DNA from: Ginglymostoma cirratum
Taxonomy: Eukaryota
NCBI GenBank assembly: GCA_024137785.1
Contig: JAHRHZ010000119.1
Span: 3,618,171 to 3,682,170, forward strand
Length of the DNA: 64,000 nt
Reading direction: 5' to 3'
Both the position numbers and the translations under genes were made by a program. Below are positions 14,601 to 26,600 of this stretch, one piece after another (position 1 is the stretch's first letter; each line of letters starts with the position of its first letter). A model generated the notes under the pieces. That model had not been told where the DNA came from. It worked only from the letters and a program-made list of their open reading frames with translations, and made no database searches.

Positions 14601-17600
14601 ACCCACTGCATCAAAACACTGACGTTAGGGTTCCTTGAAAATTTTTACTTGGTCAAATTTGAAGATGTACATGCTCATACCAAACACTTCATTTCCTGAA
14701 TTTTAATGCAAATACACAATCTTAAGTTGAAGATTCATTTGATGCCAGGGTGTTGAGACCTTTGGATGGTTGACAGGTCAATACCTCCAAGTTCATTTTG
14801 AACATACCTACAATTGGATTTCTAATTTCCATGAAATTTAGAGTAGTTTTATTACTTTAGGAATATACTCATGTTAGGAGAACAGTACTTCAACAGAAAG
14901 CACTCACCACAGTGGTGAAAGCTCCTAGTGCTGAAACAATAAATCTGAAAAATCTTGGCCACGGTCAAGTCCAGAACATCTTGAACTGTTGAGCTGTTTC
15001 TAAAGTCTTAATTGGTTTAGTTTTAAAGGATCCTGGACAAGGTTTGAGAAGATTTGTAGCTCAGGTTGTTGAATTGCTCACCAAGTTGGTAAATTTGTTT
15101 GCAAACATTTTGTCACCATGCTAGGTAACACCCATGTGTCTCCAGTGAAGCATTGCTTTGCTGGGATAGGTGGCATCTCTTCTGGATTTATTTTAGTCGT
15201 TGGTATACAGGGTCCAGCTCTGTGTTTTGTTAGTGGAGTTCAGGTTTGACTGCCAGGCCTCCAGGAATTCTTGTCTCTCCTCGACTTGTCAGAGGATGGC
15301 GGTGTTGTCCCAGTCAAATTGCTGTCCCTCTTTGTCCATGTGTACTGTAATGAGTGATGGCAGGTCAAAGAGGGACAGCAATTTGACTGGGACAACACCG
15401 CCATCCTCTGACAAGTCGAGGAGAGACAAGAGTTCCTGGAGGCCTGGCAGTCAAACCTGAACTCCACTAACAAAACACAGAGCTGGACCCTGTATACCAA
15501 TCACTAAAAGAACAAATCTGGCTATGATATCACCTATCTCAGCAAAACAAACAAATAGCAAGCAGGACAAAACACCAATGCTTCACCAGCAGTGCAGTGA
15601 TGTTACCTAAGGTAACAAATGTTTGTGAACTAGCACAGAGCTAGCAAGTTTGTTAACAGCAGTATCCTAGGCCCTATCTAGTCTGGTCAATAAGACTAAT
15701 CCTTCACTGCAGCTGAAAAATAACCAGGAGGAACAGCTGATGTTTTTACAACAATTTAAAAACCTTTTGTTGATCCTTTTATGGACAAACTTGATCGTTA
15801 CTAGAGAAGGATTGAAAATTTACACAAAACCCAAATAAAAAAAGGTAGGTTTACCCTGGTGCTTAAATCAGCTCAGCAAATCAATGCATCTTAAAGCAAA
15901 CCAAGCCTTGGTTTGCCAACATGTTGCTTGGCAACCCACAGAAAATGCACAACTTTTACTTTTGACTAAAGCAGCTTGGTTACTTCTACTCAACCAACCC
16001 CCTCAACTAGGGACATGCATCAAGTGCAAAGTGACCAAATCAAGTCCCCCCCGCTGCCATTCCATCTCAGATACGTCACAGCTGTCAGCTAACTTGACCC
16101 CACGAAATCAAACCACCTGTTCATATACCCATTTGAGTGTTCCTTTTGACCCAAGTTACACTTCTCAGTCTCATGCTCAGCCGGTCATTTCCTGAGGTTT
16201 AGCACTGATATCCACAAGCAGTACTTTCTACCACTATTGTCCATGTTCCATTTGTGACCCTCAAAAGTTCTCAACCCTAAAAACATCAGAAAGAAAGCGC
16301 TGATCACTGGCTTTGTCCCTCCTAGTGCTCCACAACTTACATCACTTGTACCCAATTCTACTTTTATTAGCCCCAACCTTCTAGCATGTTCTCACACTTA
16401 ATCTTCAGTTTTCTTCACAACTTCCATTACATGCCAATATCCCACAGGAGAAACCAGATGACTGAAGTGGGGAAACTAGTTCCATACAACTGGCTGGAAT
16501 CAACCTTCCAAGATGTCCTCACTGCAGGCAACACTAAAATTTTTCCAAATTTAGGCTAAAAGCATTGCTTAGACTGGTCAGTTTGAAGTTTCTGACTTAA
16601 GGTGATTTATAGACAGATTTCATGCAGGATTTGCTGTCCTTCACATCAAATAATCCAAATCATTCTTGTCCTTGCAAAGAAAAAATCCTGGCTCATGCTC
16701 TGGATCAAAAATCCAGTCTTTGATACTTCACTCTACTAACCTCCCACACCTGTAATAAAAATCAGCCCATTCCTTGCACTCCCACAAAGAGCGCCAAGAC
16801 CTCAAATCAACTGCAATTTTTCAGCCTTCAAAATTCCAGATACGTTTCTTCCTAAAAATTTCTTAAACATTGCCATGTTCAATTTAAGAGATGACAGTTC
16901 CACAGAACAAGTACATTAAAAACCAGTATTACTTTCATATTCCTTTCCTGTAAGGAACTGGTAAAGGCAGCATGGCACAGCCAGTTTGTTAATTTAGGGC
17001 AAAGCTCACTTACATATTCAGAGAATGGATAGCCAAATCAACCCTACCAAAAAAATAAGAGCCAAATCCAGGGCTCATTCCCCAAGAATAATCCTCCTTG
17101 CACCACTCCACAGCTGGAGCAATATCAATAGCAGCTACATGGTCTGTGACCCAACCTTAAACCTCCTTCCAATCCCAAGCCCCCGTGGAACCTAAAATAG
17201 GTTAAATGGAACCACCACCCCATTAGTTACCATACATCAAGCAAAGAAACATAAAAAGTGGACTGTTAATCACAAATGCACCAAGCCTATAAAAGCTGAT
17301 GTACTTTGGACATTATGGCCAACTATTGCAAGATCTGCTTAAGGCAAATGATTGATGCTTCTATTGTTAAGTACAGGGGATACTTAAAAAGGATTAAAGT
17401 TTTTTGTCAAAATACTCAAATCACTACAGGAAAAAGGATCAGCATACTGAAATCAAGCCAACTAATTTATGATAAGTTTATTAAAACAGCACTTAGTTCT
17501 TTGCATTTGACAGCTCCGTCCTGTATTAAAAAGTAAAAAACTAGAAATTTCATGCTGTGAATGTCCACCACCTTACATGCAGTGTACTTTTGTTGTCCAA

Positions 17601-20600
17601 TATACTTACCTTTTAAAACTACATTCCAATTGTTGGTCTTAAACAATCTTTTTAAAAGTCCAATTGACATTTGTAAACTAAGCAAATGTTTATAGCATTA
17701 CTCCCAAAAGGGAGATGAACGGTGCTTTCAGTGAATTGGTGACCACCTGCCCAGAACACCAAAAGTAATCCAAATTGTGCAATGATAAATAAATCCTCCA
17801 AACCAAGACTTGGTCATTCATGGAGAAGCAGAAAAACAGCAATAAGTGCTGATAAGGGGAAAGCATGGTAGGATTCATATCAAGTAAGCGTCAGCAACTG
17901 CAGCTTATTACAATTTTGCTAGACATTACACACCCACTAACGGAGTGGGTCGATAGCCACAGCAACTTAACTCGTCAAGCAATATTCCAACAGGAAGTGA
18001 ATTGGAAGGGAATGTAGATTTACATACTAACAAACAGTAGCACTTGAGATTCAGAGATGGCAGTATACAGGATGGTATAAGAATGTGACCAATATAACTC
18101 AAGTATGCAGCAATCTGTTGTCTAAGCAAGTTAGCTTCTGGAGGATTAAAATACCATTGCACTTCTTTCCCTCACCACAACACCCAAAAACGCCAGCAGT
18201 GTCTGCTCACCAAAGCCAGTCCAGGTACGCTCTTTTCCATATTGAAGAACTCATTGAAGTCAAAATCCCCTGGTGTTTGCTCTGGTAGAACTGCCTCCTG
18301 AGGAACTTCTTGGTCAGCTTCTGTTGCAGGAACTGCAGATGACGTATCTGTCTCTTGACCACCACCATTGCATTCTGCACCTACAATGACCACAAGCTTC
18401 ACTCAGTTGTCAAGCTCTATTATAGCATGATAAAATCAAACTTCAATTTGCTGAAGCTATAAAGGCATAAAAATACTGGAAGCACAAAGTTCAATGCCCA
18501 AGGCTATGTTTCAGTAGTGGCACATCTGAATTCCAACCTGGTTTTGGCACTTGCTGAATTCATTAGAGGAAAGTAGAGCTACAACTTACTGCAGCTAATT
18601 TTGAAAGTAAAATTTGTTCCATCAAGCCTTCATATGGGAATCTGATTTAAATAACAATCATTTGCAGGCTCAGCATTCAACTTCATTCCACAGCCAGGCA
18701 GTCTAATATCAAATGAAGAAATGTTGCAACCTGAACTAGATTTGCCACCGAATCAAGGAATTATGTTCAGGTTCAGATCAACTTTGACAATCACCGCTCA
18801 TTTCATACTGATTTACATCCATGTTGCTGGTTTTAGCATCTCCTGATGTCAGCAAGGCTTCATTAAAGAACTGTACAATGCTTGGTACAAATTGAGCATG
18901 GCCTCTTAGATACAGTTTATAACAACTCTTACCCAAATGCTGTTCACTTAGCTGAGCCAGCTGTTAGTAAATGCTTATTTTTCACTATACCCATGATGCA
19001 CAGCCCTTCACTGCTCTGAACCCATTTAACACCAAGTGAGCTTCTTCCTTGCACCCAAGCTTGAAAATTGACAGGTTCCACCTCAATGACTAACCCTGGA
19101 AGACAATTTTGCCGCCTCAGAACTGAAGCTATCGCTCCTACTTAAGTTCAACATCTTCAATTTAGTTGCCTACGGGCCCTCATCCTAGACCCTATTTTTT
19201 AGAAAAAAAATTGCTTCCATCTAATTTCAGATACTTTTCCACTTCAAAAAGTAGAAGTTGAACTGCTTACCAAAACATTACAAGTCAACTCACTACTCTT
19301 CAAAGTTACAGAATAGGCTGGTTAACGCTATTCAACATGAGCTTGTCAAATCTAATTCAGTTATTAAACAAGCTTACCTTCTTTAAGGATATCCGATCGC
19401 TTCCTCCACCGCTTTGGCCGCCTTGGATCCTCCAATAGTACTTTATCATCGAAGCCAGTCAGCTCAATTGTTTCTGACTGACTGGTGGGGCCAGCAGAGA
19501 ACCATTCTGGTTCCTCCTCAGTGTATGAATCACATCGTCTCCGCTCACCAAAAGCACGTTTGCCATCACCATACTCCCTCTGCAAAAACAAATCAATAAC
19601 TTACCTCTGGGAAAAATTTTTCCCAGTGTTGAGGAATGAAGACAACAATGCTCATGAATATTCAGAAACTTTAGATACTGATTTGCTGTGATCTTTATGT
19701 CCACAACTGTCACTGGGGAACCCAATTTCAAAAAGGCTATTAGCCTTTAAAACAAAATGGAGGAACTTAAATAAAATACAGCAGACTCTGGTTTTATACC
19801 AGCACCCGATAAACTGGAAGATTATATCTTAATACATAAATATATTTGTGAGATCCAATATCTGATTAGTTAGCGAGGGCAAGTGAGAAGGTTCTCCACC
19901 AGTAAATTTTAAAGTAAAGTTGCATCGGGTGTATATCCCATGCATTATTTTTGTATTTCTAAGTTTTTACATTGGTTACATGAACGTTGATTTGGAATAT
20001 TGGACAACCTCAGTCCCACAGATGCTGGTTACTAGAAGGTTTGCTGTACCAAGTTCTAAATGGAGGACAGTGGAATGATTAAATTCCATTTACGTTGATC
20101 AGTAAAGGGTAACTTGCTAGGTTAAGTGACAATTTAGTGCTTAAATCTACTCAGCTTTAAGTTTTGTCAATTTAGCAGCAGCCATCAGAAAAACAGCACT
20201 CCTCAAATGGTTAGGTTACAGTTCCAAAGTAGCTTGGACCTTCTGAATCATGGAGGAGTTTTCAGCCTCAAAGCATAGCTTTAAAAAAGTGTGACTTTTG
20301 TCTCAATGCTAGTATCAATTTTACAATTACATTTTAAGTTCACACGGAAGCTAATCAACTGTCTGGTCAAAAGCCCAACACTGTCCTTATAGTCACCCTG
20401 TCTGATAGGGACAGGAGTCCCAGCTAACACATCTATTGTATCACATCCCATTGTCACCCCCGCCTCAGACAGTATTAAAGCAGGCAAAATCAGTTACAAG
20501 TGATCTTGAACTTATTATTCAAGTTACATTTTTCAGCCCATAGTTACTACTGACTTCTGTAATACTCAAGGTGGCATAAATGTCAGTGAAACATGACCAA

Positions 20601-23600
20601 ATCTAACCCGGAAGCGTTTTTCCTTGTAATCTCTCCCCTCGCGCACATCTCGGTCACGCAAGTCTTTGTCTCGGCCATCTCGATCAAAGGTTCTCGATGC
20701 AATTATCCGTCCACTGCCAATTCGCCGCTGAGCGCCCAATCCACGGGAATTTTCATTTTCTTTATTTTCTAGTGGGCTCCCAGATCTCCGGGAGTTCGAA
20801 GTACTAATCACGTGACAGCCTCCACCAAAGCTCCGGCGCTGTGGACTGAGCACAACATCAATATCTTCTTCTTTGATTCTCTCGCGTGGATCTGGACACA
20901 AGACATAATTGTTACTTGTACAACAAGGATCTAGGAGTTCAAGAACAGCCTGCTTAAAAGAATCATTTGCTACTTCTCTTCGACTTACCACCTCAAAAAG
21001 GAGACTGCCACACTCAATCTTTTTAAGTCTTAAATATGAAGTCATTAGGTGTAAAATGACAGTGTCAACATCATTGAGTGTCCTCAATCAGGGGTACTTA
21101 ACAGACCAGCGATTGAAAGGGTAGCTACATGGCAGAGTTCAGCAGCAGCACACTATGCAACAGGGCTCAACTGCTGAATACCTCTGTCCAATCTAGAACA
21201 AACTAGCATTTTCCAATTCAAGAAATAAAAAGAACCTAGTTAAAACTTAGTCAGCAAGTACAGGTAGAAGCATACTTTGCCAGGTATTTTAAGAAAACAG
21301 AAAAGTTTTGAGAATAAACAAATGCAGTGGATCCAATACAGATGTTCAAGTGGTAAACCTCTCAAGGCTATGAAAATTCTGAAGTGACCCCAAAAAAGGG
21401 TTTCCAGCAGCACTCAAGTAGATTTACATAACTGCACGCTGCTCACTAGTTTGCTAGTGACATAGCTTAATGTCAACCCCAAGTCCATTTCTGCATTTGG
21501 CAGATCAAGAGCATTTAGACTCTCACTTATGCAACAAACATGAAACAAACTGCAAAGCAAACATTTAGGAGAACTATAACTGCATTAGTTCAATGACAAG
21601 AGGAATGAAAAGGGGTAGGGGGGAAAATCACAGTGCACATGCATTAACCACTTGCAAGTGCAAACTTGTGTTTGGTTTTGGAAAGCCACGACATGAAGCA
21701 CAAGATTGGCCACCGTGCCAGTTGAGCATCCCACAATTAGATTTAAAACAAAAAGGACCTGTCACTGATCAAGATCCCCAATCATACCTGAATGTGTATT
21801 TTGTCTACCACAAGGTGGGACTGAGCAACAGTAGGAAGGGCAACATTAGTTGCTTGTCAGTTAATGGTCAGTCATGTTCCTGAGAGTCTAGATGTGAGGC
21901 AGACCACATAAGGATGCAAATTCCTTAGGAATTTCTGTGAACCAGAACAGTGTTTAAATGAGGATAGCTTCATGCTAGTCATTTGAGACTAGCTTAATAT
22001 CCTGGATAAAAAAACCTTTCCACTACCTGCCATGGTCAAGGTGGAACCCAATATACTTGGAACATTATCATTTCAACAGAAGTCAAAACAATTAAACACA
22101 TTATTCCATCAATTAGTATTGTTAGACTGTTCAGTTAGGGAATCAAAGGAACCACACCTATTCAAAAATTTTTGGTCAGCCTCCCTCTTGCCCTGTAGGC
22201 AGAAAATTCTAATTCTCCGTCAGTATCCTTTTTACAAGTCAGTTGCATCTGCCTCATTTAAGTGAGGCTATCTAAATCCAAAAGTTGACACAGATCAGGC
22301 TAATAAAGTGTGTTCAGGAATGTTCAGCATGACAAGATCAATCAGATCCTAGGCAGGTGGACATAATGTGCATGAAAATTGGAGATTCTGTCCCTGTAGG
22401 CAAGCAAAAAAGTAACACAATCTCTCTGCAAGATGCTAATAATTCTCACACACCATTTAACCTATAAACTGCCAATTCCAACCAGTGACTGGGAGACCGA
22501 ATCAGCAATGCCATAGTAGTGTGCATGCACAATACAATTGTAAAGGACTTGGAAAGATGATCTACGATCAGAAGGACTCAAAGCAGAAAGACACCTAATT
22601 GAATCCCATGGAGTCATGCTACTAAAAACAGTGCTCCCTTACTTTACCTTCATCTGTAAAGGTGAATGTTTACATTTGTTTGTATCTGCACGTGTAGTGG
22701 TTTACATTTGTGAAATTGGTCATATTTATCTGACTAGAACAGATTTGCAGTTTGTACTTTTACCACAAACCAGTGGTGTTTTCTGTTAAGTGGATGTGAT
22801 TAGACAAGAAAACTGGGGAAATGTGCAAGTTGATTCCATTAATTTGAAAAAGCAATGTAATTAGTACTCAGGGATAAAAGGTACTGCAGATGCTGGAGAG
22901 TCTGAGATAACAAGGTGTAGAGCTGGATGAACACAGCAGGTCAAGCAGCATCATCATGGGAGCAGGAAAACTTGACGTTTCGGGCCTAGACCCTTCATGA
23001 TTTCTGATGAAGGGTCTAGGCCCAAAACGTCAAGTTTTCCTGCTCAACCTGTGTTCAACCAGCCCCATGCTAATTAGTACTCGGCACATGCACACACCCT
23101 GTTTGATGCTGTCAAACTCAACAAGGATCACATGAGAGCACCACTTCCTGCATGCACACCCTCCAAGTCTTGGATGGCATTGTACTTGCTTCATTTTCAC
23201 TGGCTCAAAATCCTGTAATTGTCTAACAACAAAATCTGCTCCCATCGATTAGTGACAAAAAAAAAAGGAGCTCACCACTACTTTTAAGGGCAAGGAAGCT
23301 GACACTGTAAGCAGCATTCATTCATCGAACAAATAAGAGTGATCGAATTAAGTTCCCTTAGCCGTCATGAGAAGATTGGAATTTGTTTCAGTAGCATTGA
23401 TTCACGCCTCTGGATTTTCTGTCCAGTAAAGATCTGACCAATTCAGATGCCTTGCCCATCAAGTTAACATGCAAGTTGTTTTTTTTTTTTTTTTAAAAAA
23501 GAAAACTGAACAGTCAAGGGTCTTAATGTTCAAAATAAAAAGAAAAAAGTAGTGAGTGCCAAGTGTACTGGTTCAATACCAGGCTTTAATATCACAGGCA

Positions 23601-26600
23601 GGGCTGGGGAACTAAGTCACCCTAGGTTAAGGGCCAGAAGCGTGATGCCAAAATAGTAGTAATAAAGCTCATTGCTGTCTTCAGACACTGGTAAACTCAA
23701 AACAAATACATAGTCCACCTACAGGATGTGGACTTTAATATAAAATCTTGCCACAAAAGCAAAACATCAACTATAGCAAAACAAACGTGACTCTGACTCA
23801 GTCACCTGCCATTCTCCGCTTGAGAACTGCCCTGTCCAGATCTGAAGAATAATCCTTCTTTGTCCCATCCGATGGTGAACTCCTGCCCGAGCTGGGGTAC
23901 AAGGATGCGTGCCATTTCTCAGGGTCCCAGATACCTTCACTATAGAAATCACAAGCACAAAAACTCAGATGAGTAAATGGACTCATTTAACATAAACTGA
24001 GAGTTTTAAAAAGCTGTTTCATACATCCTGTACACTTTGAAGCTAGGGTGTGTCAACAATCAGTGTGGCAAATCCATTCTTCAAATCCAGTTAACATGTG
24101 ATAGTAAATAAACTTTACAGGATTTGGATTGAGGCTAGTTTTAATACAGCAGGCAGACAGTTGGTCAATCATGAACAAAACCAAAGTTGGGAAAAGCTCA
24201 GCACGTCTGCCAGCATCTGTGAAGGAAACAAAAAATTAATATTTCAGGTCCGGTGACCCTTCCTCAGAACAGTTCTGAAAGAGTGTCACTGGACCTGAAA
24301 TGTTAGCTTTTTTCTTTCACAGATGCTGCCAAAGTTATTGGAAAGTCTCAGCAGGTCTGTTTTTTGTTCATGATTTACAGCATCTGCAGTTCTTTCAGTT
24401 TTTAAACTTAGTTGGTCAATCATGCTTGCTCTTGAGAATTTCAGACAGTCCTACCACCTCTTTCCCATCAAGGTTAGAAAGTAACTTTGAAATTACTACA
24501 TCTGCATCACCATCCTTTCAGGTTGGACTGGCCATATCACAACATGCTGGGCAAAGTCAAAGTCATTGTCATGATATCATGGTTTTTTTTTTTAAAAAAA
24601 TTACCTTAAGTTGCTATGATAGACTGGAGAAGTTCACTAGACTTTCATACGCCACTGCAAAACAACTAAGTAATTCAGCAGTTACCAAAAAGACCAATTA
24701 AACATTGGAACTACAGGAGGCTCAAAATAAAGATCAACAAAACAGATCTATTGGAAAGCAGACTTATCTGGCCAAGTTAATTAAATATCCAAGTGTAAGC
24801 ATATACCCTTAAACCCTAAAACATTCACACCAGCAAGTGGACAAAGAATTACTTGGAAAGAAATCATTTAGCCAGTTAGTTCTTCAAATGGGACAAAAGA
24901 AAAAAGGTGTGGAATACTCATTTGGCAGTTGGCTGAACTTTCTGCATTTTCAGATAGGTGTCAAGCATGGTCAGTTGTTTCTAGAATGTGAGAATGCTAG
25001 AGTCTGGAAGAGACCGTTCAGCCCATCAGATCTGCAAAGCCATGAAGAGATCCCACCCTAACTCCATCACTCCACTTGACCATGGCTAACACAGCCCACA
25101 CACAATGGGCAATTTGAGAACAAATACAGCACAAACAGGTCCTTCAGCAACCACCACCACCCCTCCCCCACCACCCTAAGCCAATGCAGCCACATTTTGC
25201 TTTTCATAGCAAAAGGGTCTTCATTTACAGAAGAACCCATATCCCTAGTAACTGACCTCTCCACCCTGGGAAAAAGGCTCATACTTTCTATTCATTCACA
25301 ATCTTACAAACTTCTATCAGGTTGCCTCCAACCCCCTGCATTCTGGGAAAAATAAACCCAACCTATCCAACCATTCTTCATTGCTAACATCCTCGTAAAC
25401 ATGTCCTGTACCCTCTCCAAAGCATCCACATCCTTCTGGTAGAGCGATGACCAGAACTATATATAATATTCCAAGTGTGGCCTGACTTAAGTTCTAAAAA
25501 GCTGCAGCACACCTTGTCTATCTTGTACTCAGTGTCCCTTCCAATGAAGGCAAGCACACCATAAGCCTCACTACCTTATATGCCTGCAGTGCCACCTTCA
25601 GTCATGTGTAGGCTTGCACACCCAGATCCCTCTGCATATCAATAATCAAGGGTGCTGCCATCGACTGTACAATTTCCACCTCTACTTGACTTCCAAAATG
25701 CATCACCTCCCATTTGTCCAGATTAAACTCTGCCATTTTTCTACCCATGCCTTCAACTGATCTATAAACTGCTATATCCTCTGACAACCCTCCTCACTAT
25801 CTGCAACTCTAATCTTTGTTCCATCTGCAAACTTACAAAATGAGACCAGCCATGTTTTCCTCCAGATCATTTATCCTCGATTATAAACAGAGGTCCCAGC
25901 ACTGATCCCTGTGGAACACTAGTCACAGCCTTCCATTCTGAAGGAACATCCTTCCACCACTACCCTGTCTCCTACGATTAAGCCAGTTCCTTGCCAGCTC
26001 ACCCTGTATGACCGAGTCCAGATGCTGACATCTGATTTTGCTTTTTGTCTGCCGTGAGGCTTTACTGAAGGCCATGTAGACAGTATCAATCACTTTTCCC
26101 TCAATCATCTTAGTCACCTCAAAAACCTGAGGAAGTTAGTGAGGCACAACCTCCCCTGCACAAAACCACACTATCATTAATAAGTCCATTTGCTTCTAAA
26201 TGCTTATAGATCTTGTCCAAGAATCTTTTCCAATAATTTTCCTACCACCGATGTGGGACTCAAGTCTAATTTCCAGGACTATCCCAGCCACCCTTCTTAA
26301 ATAATGAGACAACATTGGCTATTCTCCAGCCCTCCTGACCTCACCTGAGGCCAAAGAGGATACAAAGATGTCAGCCAATGTTCCAGGGGTTTGTTCTCTC
26401 ACCTCCCTCAATATTCTGGGGAGATCCTATCAAGACTTGGGGACTTATCTACCTTAATACTATAACAGAAAACACTTATTTAAATAGAAACTTGGCTTAG
26501 AAACTCAACACTCCCTTCCAAGATCATTCTCCACCAATTCCTTCTCTTTGGTGAACACCAAAGTATTCATTCAGGACTTTAGCTATGTCTTCTGGCTCCA

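Noticed and set aside
15200-15500. Twin 86-aa ORFs with the same N-terminus on opposite strands
   Set aside because: This is a direct consequence of the inverted repeat. They are antisense or out-of-frame readings of a decayed Penelope endonuclease segment.
17603-17677. Perfect donor AAG|gtaagt with weak upstream acceptors (28- or 68-nt pseudo-exon)
   Set aside because: Poor polypyrimidine tracts, frame-disrupting lengths and no homology.
19598-19612. Perfect donor GAG|gtaagt 25 nt upstream of the Cup-homology exon acceptor
   Set aside because: The intron would be too short to splice and no convincing upstream exon was found. Probably chance, though a mutually exclusive exon cannot be excluded.
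22870-23070. DNA-transposon MITE interpretation of the palindromic elements
   Set aside because: Variable 12-15 bp TSDs, asymmetric arm lengths and identity with Penelope 3' ends favour retrotransposition.
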